64,000 nt of DNA from an uncultured delta proteobacterium (lineage in GTDB: Bacteria > Desulfobacterota > RBG-13-43-22): contig CAWJJC010000012.1 of assembly GCA_963843145.1 (NCBI GenBank), positions 1 to 64,000 of the forward strand, read 5' to 3'. Below are positions 27,888 to 37,258 of this stretch, piece by piece (position 1 is the stretch's first letter; each line of letters begins with the position of its first letter). The position numbers were made by a program, and so were the translations under genes. A model generated the notes under the pieces. The model ran no database searches. It saw only the letters and a list, made by a program, of their open reading frames with translations, and had not been told where the DNA came from.

Positions 27888-30128
27888 TTGACTAATAGTT
27901 TCTCCAGGTTTTTTTCGAACCTGGTTATTTTTTTATTTTTTGCCGGCCTGGGAGTTCTCAATGGAATCGCCCAAGCCGAGCCGGTTTTGGTCCCGGCTCC
28001 GCGATCGATTCCCCCGCGCACTTTAACTCAGGCAGTCGTTCCCAAGCCCAGCGATCAGAACGGCCACCCGGGTTCGACCGGTGCCCAGGCCGTTCCTCCG
28101 GCGGGTTCCCAGATACCGACCTCGCCGGTGCCCGCGGCATTGCCTCCAACTTCCCCTTCCCCGGTCCCTTCCGCGGCGGCGCAGCCGGGAGTCACTCCAC
28201 CGCCGGCCCAGCCGGGAGTCCCGTCTTTGCCGCCGGAATCCGGAAAGCCGCCCCTGACCACTCCGCCGGGGCCCCTCCCGGGAGGACCGCCGGTAACCCC
28301 ACAGCCTCTGTCCCCAGCGTCCCGGCTCCAGCAGCAGCTACCACCGGCGCAGCCCGGTCAGCCTTCCTCCTTGAATAGACCGGGTGTCAAGCGGGGCGAG
28401 GTCAGCTTTAACTTTGACGACGCCGATGTCTTCTCCGTCATCCAGACCATCTTTGGCGGGGTTCTCAAGGTCAATTACATTATCGATCCCAAAGTCAAAG
28501 GAAGGGTGAATTTTCGATCCGTTTCCCCGGTCCCGAAAGAAGACGTCATGCCTCTGATGGAAGTCATCCTCCGCCTGAACGGGATCGGAGTGATCGAGGA
28601 CGGCGGCCTTTATCGTATTATTCCCATCGCCGATATGCCTCGGGAACCGGCGGCGGTCGGGATCGGGCGGGATGCGGGAAAAATCACCGTTGCCGGCTTG
28701 GGACTGTTGCAGGTAGTGCCGCTCAAATTCATCCCTTCCTCAGAGATGATTCGGGTCCTGACCCCTTTCCTGTCCACCAACGCGGTTATGGTAGACGTGC
28801 CCAAGATCAATTATATTATCATCGTGGACACCGACGCCAACATCAAACGCCTTCTCCAACTGGTGGAAATATTCGACAGCGAGCAGCTCAAACAGATCAA
28901 ACCCCAGGTCTTCGTTTACCCGGTTCGGAACGGAAAGGCCAAGGACGTGGCCGCCCTGCTTCAGCAAATCTTCTTGGGGGGCTCTAAGTCTCCCACCCCC
29001 ACTCCTTCCAGATCAGCGACTACTCCCGCCAGGCCTACCGTCCCCGGTCAACCATCCCCCGCTCCTACGCATACACCCTCGCCGCAGATTTCCCTCGGGA
29101 CTCCGGGCGGAGGGGAATCCTTGGTCCTGGACATTACCCGGATCATACCCGATGAGGTGACCAACACCATTGTTATATTGGCCACCCCGGATGATTATGC
29201 TTTGATGTATGATACCATTCAAAAGATTGATATCGTTCCCCGGCAGGTGATGATCGAGGTGATGATCGCCGAAGTAACTCTGGGAGACGACTTACAATTT
29301 GGCATTGAGTGGTCACTCAAGAACCAAATCGATAAGGGATTCGCTAGTCTCGGTTTCAGTAATACCAATCTTGACCCCACCAAGCCCGTGGGCTTTACTT
29401 TTTTAGGAATTGACCGGACCGGCCTGATCCAGGGGTTTCTGCAGGCCCAGGCTTCGGAATCCAAAGTGAACGTCTTGGCTTCACCGCATATTCTGGCCGC
29501 CGACAATCGGGAAGCGCGCATTCAGATCGGCAACCAGGTACCCATCGTGACCTCTGAAACGCCGGTGTCGACCACCGGCACTGTCGGCACCTCTGTTTCC
29601 CGAACTATTCAATACAAAGATACGGGGGTCATCCTGAAGATAAAACCCCTGATCAATGAAAGCGGATTGGTCAGCCTGGATATTTCTCAGGAAGTCTCGG
29701 ATTACTTTCTGCAGAACATTTACGGGAGCGATTACCCGGTGATAACCAAAAGGGAGGCCGTCACCAACCTGGTGGCCCAGGACGGAGATACCATCGTAAT
29801 CGGCGGCCTGATTCAGGAGAATTTTAATCGGACCAGGCAAGGCCTCCCCTTATTAAGCAAGATTCCTCTGCTGGGATGGCTTTTCAGCAATACCTCGGAT
29901 ACTAACAAGAGGACCGAGATTATCATGCTGCTGACCCCCATGGTGGTAAAAAATCCGGAAGAGGCCAAAAACATGACCAACATCTATATTCACCGGATGC
30001 AGGGGCTCAAGAAGGATCTCAAGTTGGAAAAGATGGAGTGGTACAAGAAAATCAGCGGCACCAAAGCCGAAAAAGCGCCGGAGCCCTCGCCAAAACCTCA
30101 AGAGTACACCCCGCCGGTCAATCCCTAA
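27888..30128 (+). CDS. gspD: Type II secretion secretin GspD with Pro-rich N-terminal extension
   Basis: N0 SFNFDDAD...YIIDP.V.G.V; QVMIE..I.EV, A.I.IG, PLLSKIPLLGWLF and RTE...LTP motifs. Confidence 0.95.
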   Translation: MTNSFSRFFSNLVIFLFFAGLGVLNGIAQAEPVLVPAPRSIPPRTLTQAVVPKPSDQNGHPGSTGAQAVPPAGSQIPTSPVPAALPPTSPSPVPSAAAQPGVTPPPAQPGVPSLPPESGKPPLTTPPGPLPGGPPVTPQPLSPASRLQQQLPPAQPGQPSSLNRPGVKRGEVSFNFDDADVFSVIQTIFGGVLKVNYIIDPKVKGRVNFRSVSPVPKEDVMPLMEVILRLNGIGVIEDGGLYRIIPIADMPREPAAVGIGRDAGKITVAGLGLLQVVPLKFIPSSEMIRVLTPFLSTNAVMVDVPKINYIIIVDTDANIKRLLQLVEIFDSEQLKQIKPQVFVYPVRNGKAKDVAALLQQIFLGGSKSPTPTPSRSATTPARPTVPGQPSPAPTHTPSPQISLGTPGGGESLVLDITRIIPDEVTNTIVILATPDDYALMYDTIQKIDIVPRQVMIEVMIAEVTLGDDLQFGIEWSLKNQIDKGFASLGFSNTNLDPTKPVGFTFLGIDRTGLIQGFLQAQASESKVNVLASPHILAADNREARIQIGNQVPIVTSETPVSTTGTVGTSVSRTIQYKDTGVILKIKPLINESGLVSLDISQEVSDYFLQNIYGSDYPVITKREAVTNLVAQDGDTIVIGGLIQENFNRTRQGLPLLSKIPLLGWLFSNTSDTNKRTEIIMLLTPMVVKNPEEAKNMTNIYIHRMQGLKKDLKLEKMEWYKKISGTKAEKAPEPSPKPQEYTPPVNP

Positions 30129-30276
30129 CGGAAATTCCTATTCATTCTTTCTTGACGCTTCGCCCTTTTGGGTGGGTACTCCCGCCTATCGGGTCTGGCC
30201 GTCGGGCCTCGGTGTAAGGGTTTTCCCTCGGATTCGCTAAGCCCGACATTTGAACCAAAAATTAAATAAATTTTGG

Positions 30277-31131
30277 TTAAGGATAGGGCCTGACCGGGGA
30301 AGACGAAGGCGCCGGATACGGGGTTGAAGGCACCGGTCGGTATCGAGGCCTTGAGGGGGTGAAGGCCCCTGAGGTGGCGGGACTGACAGCCGGGGTCCCC
30401 GATGAAGGAAGACCGCTCATTGCTGCCGGGGGAGTTTGCCCGGCGGTGGAAGGGGGCGCCGGCGAGGCGACCGGTCGAGATCTGGTATTCGGGCCCGACG
30501 GGGGGGTCCCGGGACGGGAAGGAGCGGGGAGCGTCCCCGGACGGGAAAGAGCATGGGGCGTCCCCGCCGCGACTCCGGGGGCGGGTTTGGTATGATCCGG
30601 GATACCTTCTCTGGCCTTGGGGGCCTGGGCATCGTTTAAATAAACAGTCACGGTCTCTTCCCCCCGGTTCATCACCACCCGGTCATTGAAAAGTTCCTTC
30701 AAGATATATCCGCTCAGGGATTCCCCCTTTTTTAGGGCAGTCTGTCTCTTGCCTCTACCCGGGGTCATTACCGGGGGGGCTTTCTTGTCTTCCAGATAGG
30801 CGATTCCCAGATCACTGGTGATCAGGGTCCCGAATAGAACAAATTCCGGTTTCGGCAAAGGGGCCTCGGCCTTTTTCTCCAGGGGTATTTTTCTGTCGGG
30901 ATGAAATAGATTTTGGTCGGCGATTACGGTGTATCCCATGGGATCAAGCGTCTGTTGAGGTGGCGGTTCCGTTTCAGTTTTTCCTGTGGCCAATGGTTTA
31001 GCCGGAGGAAGAGAGTAGGCTACCGGCATATCCATTAAGGGAAACAAGAGGAAGTAGGCAAAATACAGGATCAGGACCAACAGCCCCAGGTTAATCACGT
31101 TGATGTTACGTAGAAACTTATTAGACATCAT
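30277..31131 (-). CDS. GspC-like T2SS accessory protein with Pro-rich tail
   Basis: N-terminal TM, NLFHPDR, L.GT...AYL, L.KGE...GY.L....DRVV (HR-domain-like); last gene of the gsp operon. Confidence 0.65.
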   Translation of the reverse strand: MMSNKFLRNINVINLGLLVLILYFAYFLLFPLMDMPVAYSLPPAKPLATGKTETEPPPQQTLDPMGYTVIADQNLFHPDRKIPLEKKAEAPLPKPEFVLFGTLITSDLGIAYLEDKKAPPVMTPGRGKRQTALKKGESLSGYILKELFNDRVVMNRGEETVTVYLNDAQAPKAREGIPDHTKPAPGVAAGTPHALSRPGTLPAPSRPGTPPSGPNTRSRPVASPAPPSTAGQTPPAAMSGLPSSGTPAVSPATSGAFTPSRPRYRPVPSTPYPAPSSSPVRPYP

Positions 31132-31134
31132 GCC

Positions 31135-31776
31135 TTAACTCCCGTAGAGGGCCGCCACGTCCAACTTAACCACCAATTCCCGAGGCTCTCTTAAATTACG
31201 GACCCGGGAATCCACCTCCCGAACTACCAGGTAAGGGGTTCGGGATTCAATAAAAAAAAGGATGTCCCGCAGGGCGGCCGAATCCGGCACCACAATATCC
31301 AAGCTCACGTTAATCACTTTGAATTTCCCTTCCCCTTCCGGTTTGGCCTTTTTAGAAGGAGGCGGTTTCTTTTCTTTAGCCCCGTTCGCCGGTTTTTCAG
31401 CGGCCGTGGGTTCCTGGTAAACGATATCCTCCACCTTGCCCACCCGGGCGCTGGAGACGGTACCGCCGCGATTGGTGACAATGCCCTTGATAGTGTCTTG
31501 CAGGGCGGCGGAGGCCAAAGAGGGCATCTCCCCGGCAATGAGTTTGGCGTTGTCGGCCTTTCTCTGTTCCCTGAGCCTTTGGAGCTGATTTTCCAGGCCC
31601 GCTTTCTCGGAAATGATCGTCAGCGTTTTTTTCAAGGTCTTAATTTTGGCCGCTTGTTCTTCTTTGATGCCTGATAAATCCTCCTGAATCCGCAGGTAGC
31701 CGTATTCATAAACCACCCCTCCGGCCAGCAACACCAAAACCGGGATGGCCATTAGCAGCCATTTGCTTTTAGGCAT
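31135..31776 (-). CDS. gspM: GspM/PilO-like T2SS inner-membrane protein
   Basis: TM plus coiled coil, ASAALQ, L..IE...PYL.V ferredoxin-like pattern; operon position. Confidence 0.7.
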   Translation of the reverse strand: MPKSKWLLMAIPVLVLLAGGVVYEYGYLRIQEDLSGIKEEQAAKIKTLKKTLTIISEKAGLENQLQRLREQRKADNAKLIAGEMPSLASAALQDTIKGIVTNRGGTVSSARVGKVEDIVYQEPTAAEKPANGAKEKKPPPSKKAKPEGEGKFKVINVSLDIVVPDSAALRDILFFIESRTPYLVVREVDSRVRNLREPRELVVKLDVAALYGS

Positions 31777-31780
31777 CTTA

Positions 31781-33274
31781 TTATCCCTCGATCTCCATTT
31801 TGATTTGAAACCGATCTTGATTCAGTTTGGGGTCCCGATAGGTGGGGGAAGCGAATTCCACTTTCTCAAAATAGGGAGAGGCCTCCAGTTTCGGTACCAG
31901 CAAGGTGGCCGACGGGGCGTATCCTTCAATATTCACCTGTTTTTCGGAAATCCGAACCCGGGTTAGCCAGGCATCTTTAGGGATGACCACGGTCAATTCC
32001 CTCAAAAGATTGATAGCCATCCGTCGAGAATACTTAAAATCACTGATGATGTTTCGCTCTTTGGTAATGGCAGTAATTTCTTTTTTAAGGGCCTCAACCT
32101 TTTTTACTTCTCCCTTCTTCTGGATAATCTGCTTATTAATCAGGGCCAGTCGCTGGGTTTCTATCTTGACCGGGGTAACCCAGTAAAAAGCGGTCATGAC
32201 CATTAAACTCAGCAGCAGGGGAATGGTCAACCAGAAAGGGGTCTTGACTCCCGGTCGGACCCCCCTGGTTATTAGATTCAGGTCATCCGCCCCCCTCCAA
32301 AGAAAGGACAGCCATCCGCCTAAGGCCGGGTAGGAAACGTTCCGGGGGGTTCCGGGTAAAGACAGACGCAGGTTCATTTCGTCAGAGAAAACAACCGGCC
32401 GGGTTAGGCGCAGCTTGAGCATTTCCTTTAAGGTCGGCTTGGGTTCCGCGAAGTGAAAAAAAACCGGTCGGGGAGGACTGGCCAAGGCTTGATTCGGAAG
32501 CAGCTTTTCCAGCGTATCCGCCAACTGGTCGGTTTCAGTTTTCTCATCTGCTGAATCAAAGCTTCCCGTCAGGACAGCGGAAATACCCCGCTTCTGAAAT
32601 AGGGCGCCTTCATAGCCCTTTTCTTGGACTTCCAGATAGCAGGCCTCCGGTCCCAGGGCCTGATAATGCCAGAGGGTCTCCATTCCCACCAGATGCACGG
32701 TCAGGCCGCCTACCCGAAGCCCTTTTCCCCGAAAGGTCTCCAGGTAAGGGTCGATCCGGTCCGCCCGGGCCGCGATGACTAGCAGGGAGATCTTTTCTTC
32801 ATTCCGGGATTGTATCTTAAAGTCAAAATATACTTCCTCGGGGGTAAAGGGGGTGATCCGATCCATCTCCGAGGCCACGACCACAGGCAAGTTCTCCAGG
32901 GTGCTGACCGGGAATTCCACGGTTTTGATGACGGCCCAGGATTTGGGTACGGATAAGACGATTTCGGTTTTCAGGGCGTTTCGTTCGGTGAGGTATACGG
33001 CCACCGAAGAGGCCAGGGCCTCCGGCGGCGGATAGCCTTCCTCTTCGTAGGACAGGGATCGTTGATCTCTAATTTTCAGACGGGAGAATAACCGGGTCCC
33101 CAGGACCAGGGCGGCGCCCTTCGCCTCGAGGGCCACACAGAGCATTTTCCGGTAGGCGATGGTCGGGTCCGCCGGACTAAAGGACAGAATCCGCCAGGCA
33201 TAATCCCCGATCCGAGCCAGCAGGGATCCAACCTTGGTTATTGCGGCCGAGGCCTTAATAAAATTCAATTCCAT
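31781..33274 (-). CDS. gspL: GspL/PilN-domain protein
   Basis: Actin-like N-part (EMDR.TPF..EEVYFD), TM, LRELT..IP.D.WL and I.GYA.SA..L...LE.S..F motifs. Confidence 0.8.
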   Translation of the reverse strand: MELNFIKASAAITKVGSLLARIGDYAWRILSFSPADPTIAYRKMLCVALEAKGAALVLGTRLFSRLKIRDQRSLSYEEEGYPPPEALASSVAVYLTERNALKTEIVLSVPKSWAVIKTVEFPVSTLENLPVVVASEMDRITPFTPEEVYFDFKIQSRNEEKISLLVIAARADRIDPYLETFRGKGLRVGGLTVHLVGMETLWHYQALGPEACYLEVQEKGYEGALFQKRGISAVLTGSFDSADEKTETDQLADTLEKLLPNQALASPPRPVFFHFAEPKPTLKEMLKLRLTRPVVFSDEMNLRLSLPGTPRNVSYPALGGWLSFLWRGADDLNLITRGVRPGVKTPFWLTIPLLLSLMVMTAFYWVTPVKIETQRLALINKQIIQKKGEVKKVEALKKEITAITKERNIISDFKYSRRMAINLLRELTVVIPKDAWLTRVRISEKQVNIEGYAPSATLLVPKLEASPYFEKVEFASPTYRDPKLNQDRFQIKMEIEG

Positions 33275-33280
33275 GAGTGA

Positions 33281-34267
33281 TTATTTCGAAGCCCCTTCTT
33301 CGGCCTTTATTATAACCGGATTTTTGTAAGAAAGGTAGCGATATTGGTTGTTCCCTTCCAGGGTCACTTGGGCTTGGATCCCGTACCCGGCCTGGCCGTC
33401 TTTTTTGTAGCCCCGGGATTCGATGGTAAAGGTATTGCCCACAGCCACGGTCACATAAGGGGCCATCTGGGCTTGGGCCTCGCCCAGCAGACCGGCGATT
33501 TCCTGAAGGCTCTTGATCTCCTTTTCCTGGCGGTAGGCCGCCACCGCCTCCGCTATTTCCGGGGTCATTCCCGGAAGGGCCAGCAGCACCGGTTTGGTGG
33601 CGGCATTTAGATTAATTTTATTGGTCTTGGCCTGGACGGTTAGAAAATCGACCAGCCCGGGTTTTTGGTCATTCCCGTATAAAATCTCTGCGGTAACCCC
33701 CTTTACCAGAATCAGTTCCTCCACGGTGTCAAAATTGCCGTTCTTGGCCTTATAAGGGTTGGGGAGGGACTGATAATAATCACTTTCCGCCCCATGGAGG
33801 CGATGAAAATCGTCCGGGTCTTTCCAGTCCAGGATAGAATCCACAATGGTATTCACCAACAAATCCTTGTCCTCACCGGGCAGGTCCAGGCTGTTCAGCA
33901 AATTTCGTAAGATTACCTCGGGTGCCAGATTCAAGTCAATCTTTCCCGACTCATCCAGCAGGCGTACCCGATAATATCCCCCTCCCAGGGCGTCGACCTG
34001 CTCGGTCCCGTCGATCCTCCAGGGCTCCTGTTCTTCCTCTCCGAGGTTTTGGGGGTTCTGCTTTCGGTAAAAGAGCTCCACGATGGCCCGCTCGATCCCC
34101 GCCTCGGCCAGAAATTTGTTCTCCCAGCCTTCCTTGAAGGCCCGGCTGGAAAAGGATTCCGTTCGGGCCAGGTAGGAAAAAGAAAAGACAATCACCATCA
34201 GGATGGTTAAGATCCACAAGACCATCATTAGGGCAAAGCCTCTTTGTTGGAAAATAATCGAGCGCAA
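33281..34267 (-). CDS. gspK: Minor pseudopilin GspK
   Basis: RG|FALMMVLW, DESGKIDLN, ILDWKD, GAE..YY and INLNAA motifs. Confidence 0.93.
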   Translation of the reverse strand: MRSIIFQQRGFALMMVLWILTILMVIVFSFSYLARTESFSSRAFKEGWENKFLAEAGIERAIVELFYRKQNPQNLGEEEQEPWRIDGTEQVDALGGGYYRVRLLDESGKIDLNLAPEVILRNLLNSLDLPGEDKDLLVNTIVDSILDWKDPDDFHRLHGAESDYYQSLPNPYKAKNGNFDTVEELILVKGVTAEILYGNDQKPGLVDFLTVQAKTNKINLNAATKPVLLALPGMTPEIAEAVAAYRQEKEIKSLQEIAGLLGEAQAQMAPYVTVAVGNTFTIESRGYKKDGQAGYGIQAQVTLEGNNQYRYLSYKNPVIIKAEEGASK

Positions 34268-34285
34268 GCAATCACCTTATTTTCT

Positions 34286-35008
34286 TTATCTTTTTGCAGG
34301 CGTCACGGGTGCCACCGGGGCGGCCGGAATGCCCGGCATGGCAAAGGGGAGTGCCGGGGCGCTCAGGCTGCCCCGCCCTTTGAGCGGTATAATCCAATCC
34401 AGGGCACTATGCTCCAACCGCACATGGAACTTGATTTTTTCCAATTGATCCGTGGTGGCCACGGCGGTGTCATCCACCCATTCATCCACCCAGCGGCCCG
34501 CTTCATCTTTCGGGTCTTTGGAAGTATCTCGGATGAAATATTCAAAATAGAACTCGGCGACCCGGTCCAGCATTCGGGTTTCCCGGCTGTTTTCCTGGCC
34601 GATGATATTTTCTTTAACCCACAAGGTCTGGCGACCGTCGGATTCCTGGGAAACCCGGTAGTGGACGACCACGTATCCTTTTTCACCTCCCCAGATGGAA
34701 TAATTGGTGGCCATATCCAGAAATGTTCTCCCCCCTCGAAAATAATACTTCTTCTCGGCGTTTTCATAATAGGTCAGGGGGATCTCCGATTGAATCTGGG
34801 ATTCCAGGATCGTGATGGCATTCCGGATCCGCTCCAGCGATTCCGCTTTTTTCTCGCCGGCTTCCACCGACCGGAACCCGAGACGCAGGGCGCCCACGAC
34901 AATCAAGATGATCATGGAGATAATGATCACGGAGAGCAATAATTCCAGGAGAGTAAAACCCGGGGGGCCTTTTTTTCGAGCCGGGGAGAGGGTCATTGAA
35001 GAGCCCAT
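34286..35008 (-). CDS. gspJ: Minor pseudopilin GspJ-like
   Basis: G|FTLLELLL N-methylation motif; operon order. Confidence 0.8.
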   Translation of the reverse strand: MGSSMTLSPARKKGPPGFTLLELLLSVIIISMIILIVVGALRLGFRSVEAGEKKAESLERIRNAITILESQIQSEIPLTYYENAEKKYYFRGGRTFLDMATNYSIWGGEKGYVVVHYRVSQESDGRQTLWVKENIIGQENSRETRMLDRVAEFYFEYFIRDTSKDPKDEAGRWVDEWVDDTAVATTDQLEKIKFHVRLEHSALDWIIPLKGRGSLSAPALPFAMPGIPAAPVAPVTPAKR

Positions 35009-35415
35009 TAAATTTCTTTCTTGACCAACTTCAGCGTTTCAAAGGTCATGGACCGGGTCCGCTTCCCCTTGGTCCACTGAATGGTTAGGGCAATATCCAG
35101 GAGTTTAACCGGGAGCAGTTCCGTTCGCTCCGCCAAGCTCTCTTTGACGGCAATATCCAGCCGGTACCCCTCAGGGGAGATCTCGGTCCAGGACTTTTCA
35201 TCCAGATCTTTATCGTCCAGCAGGGCCCTCATTTTAGCGGCCCCCTGGAGCGAGGCCGACACATAGTCTTCCGAGGCGGAGAGGGCCTGCAGGTTGGCTG
35301 AAAATAATTGGAAAACGACCGTAACGGCGATCCCCAGGATCGCTAAGGCTACCAGCACTTCCAAAAGGGTAAATCCCCCATCCTGTTTCAAGCGGGTCTC
35401 CGGAGAAGGGGTCAT
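35008..35415 (-). CDS. gspI: Minor pseudopilin GspI-like
   Basis: GG|FTLLEVLVALAIL motif. Confidence 0.82.
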   Translation of the reverse strand: MTPSPETRLKQDGGFTLLEVLVALAILGIAVTVVFQLFSANLQALSASEDYVSASLQGAAKMRALLDDKDLDEKSWTEISPEGYRLDIAVKESLAERTELLPVKLLDIALTIQWTKGKRTRSMTFETLKLVKKEI

Positions 35416-35417
35416 GT

Positions 35418-35864
35418 TTAGCGAAGCACCACGGAACCGACGATGGGGTCCAATTGAATCTGAATGGTTCGTTTCTTAGAGGACAAAGAGAAGGTCGCTC
35501 CCTCAAGCCCCCCCTGGCTCTCTACCACCAACTGATATTTTCCGGTATGGATTTCCCCCTGGTAAGGATCCACGATCTTTAGGACCAGTTGGGCCGGGAT
35601 TTTCTTGGAAGGGTGCCCGCTCAGACCGTATTCCCGCCCGTCCAGATCAAAGGTCAGCACCTGCCGGCTATCGCTGATCCGGGCCAGGGATCGGGCGTAG
35701 CGGATGGTGGCCGATATCTCCCGGGCGGTGGCCGTTAACCGCCCGGAGGCCAGGGTCTGGGCGAAGAAAAGGGTCGTTAAGCCCAACAGGAGGGTCGCCA
35801 GAAAAAGGACGATGGTGATCTCGATCAAGGTAAAACCGTTTTTATTTTTTCCGGGAGACGTCAA
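35418..35864 (-). CDS. gspH: Minor pseudopilin GspH-like
   Basis: NG|FTLIEI..., IRYARSLA. Likely TTG start at 35864; the longer ORF-track N-terminus is repeat-derived. Confidence 0.8.
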   Translation of the reverse strand: MTSPGKNKNGFTLIEITIVLFLATLLLGLTTLFFAQTLASGRLTATAREISATIRYARSLARISDSRQVLTFDLDGREYGLSGHPSKKIPAQLVLKIVDPYQGEIHTGKYQLVVESQGGLEGATFSLSSKKRTIQIQLDPIVGSVVLR

Positions 35865-35868
35865 TTGT

Positions 35869-36067
35869 GATAACCTCGCAAAAAGTCCAAAAGCGACTTT
35901 CTGCTCGGCGGGGGAGGGCTTTCCCTCCCCCGCCATTTGAAGTGAATTCAAATGGTGCCACCCCTACCCCAGACCGGGGCTTAACCGCCCTCGGTCTGTT
36001 GACGGACTTCTGGCCAGTCCGTCAATGGTGCTAACCTCGCAAAAAGTCCAAAAACGACTTTTCGCTA
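35869..36067. repeat. MITE/REP-like element, copy 2, plus a partial third copy (36030-36067)
   Basis: GATAACCTCGCAAAAAGTC.AAAAGCGACTTTCTGCTCGGCG...CCCCGCCATTTGAAGTGAATT.AAATGGT...GCTTAACC...AGTCCGTCA shared with 1982-2145. Confidence 0.85.
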
Positions 36068-37258
36068 AAAGGGCAAGTCGGTAATGGAGAAAATAGCCGT
36101 CAACATGGATAGGACGATAAAACCGATCACTATGCCCATCAGCAGAATAAGGGCCGGCTCCAAAAAACTGATGAAGCGTTTGACGGCCACCCGCAGGCTT
36201 TTTTCGTAGGTGGCGGCCACCTTCATCAGCATGGTGTCGAGTTGTCCGGTTTCTTCTCCGACCTTAACCATGGACAGGGCCAGCGGCGGGAGGACGTTGG
36301 CCGCGGCCAGGGGAAGGGACATGCCCCGTCCTTCTTTAACCCCTTTGGAGACGCGATCGATAGCCTCGGCAATTACCTGATTGCCGATAACCTCTTTGGC
36401 GTTGTTCAAGGCCTGTAACAGAGGGACCCCGCTTTTCAGCAGCGTCCCCAAGGTCCGGCAAAAACGGGCCGTTTCCAATTTGGTGATTAAGTCCCTTAAT
36501 ATTCTTAATTTAAATCGATCCCAGCGCAGCCGTCCGGCGGGGGAACCGATATTTTTTTTGAAGAGGATCCCCAGGGTAACGGGGACCGCGATCATCAGCC
36601 ACCAGTAATCCCGCAATCCCTGACTGAAGGCCAGCAATACCTGGGTCGGCAAAGGCATGGCGCCCCCCAGTTCCGAAAAGATCACCGAAAATTTGGGCAG
36701 CACGTAGGTCAATAATACGATGATCGATAGGCCGCCGGTTCCGAGAAGGATCAGTGGGTAAATCATGGAGGAGAACACACTGTCGCGAAGCTCCTTGCTC
36801 GTCTCCAGAAAATCGTTCAATTTTTCCAGGACCGCGTCCAATACCCCGCCCGACTCTCCGGCGCGGACCATATTGACATAAAGCCGGGAGAACATTCTCG
36901 GGTGGCGCTGCAAGGCGTCCGAAAAGGAACTGCCTTCGCGAATGGATTTCAAAATGCCCTGGACGATGGCTCGGGTCTCCGGTTTTTCCAATATTTCAGC
37001 CAAAATATTAAGACTTCGATCCAAGGGCAGGCCGGCGTTGAGCAGGACGGACAATTCCGTGGTAAAGGTCAATAAGTCCCCCTTGGCCGAACGCCAGGAA
37101 AACTTTCTTTTGAGACCTTCCTGGGCGCTGGAAATCTTAAGGGGGATTAAACCGGAAACTTTAAGCCGCTCCAGGGCCGCCTTTTGATCCGCCGCCTCAA
37201 TGGCCCCTTCCAGGATTTCTCCTTTCAGGGATGTCGCCCGATAGGAATAAATGGCCAT
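36065..37258 (-). CDS. gspF: T2SS platform protein GspF
   Basis: FT.EL..LL.AG.PL, Y.NMV.AGE.GG.L, VGEETG.L and LEP motifs. Confidence 0.95.
   Translation of the reverse strand: MAIYSYRATSLKGEILEGAIEAADQKAALERLKVSGLIPLKISSAQEGLKRKFSWRSAKGDLLTFTTELSVLLNAGLPLDRSLNILAEILEKPETRAIVQGILKSIREGSSFSDALQRHPRMFSRLYVNMVRAGESGGVLDAVLEKLNDFLETSKELRDSVFSSMIYPLILLGTGGLSIIVLLTYVLPKFSVIFSELGGAMPLPTQVLLAFSQGLRDYWWLMIAVPVTLGILFKKNIGSPAGRLRWDRFKLRILRDLITKLETARFCRTLGTLLKSGVPLLQALNNAKEVIGNQVIAEAIDRVSKGVKEGRGMSLPLAAANVLPPLALSMVKVGEETGQLDTMLMKVAATYEKSLRVAVKRFISFLEPALILLMGIVIGFIVLSMLTAIFSITDLPF

Noticed and set aside
30200-30250. GTCGGGC...GCCCGAC hairpin between convergent gspD and gspC-like genes as tRNA or ncRNA
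   Set aside because: No cloverleaf or T-loop motif; most simply a terminator-like structure.
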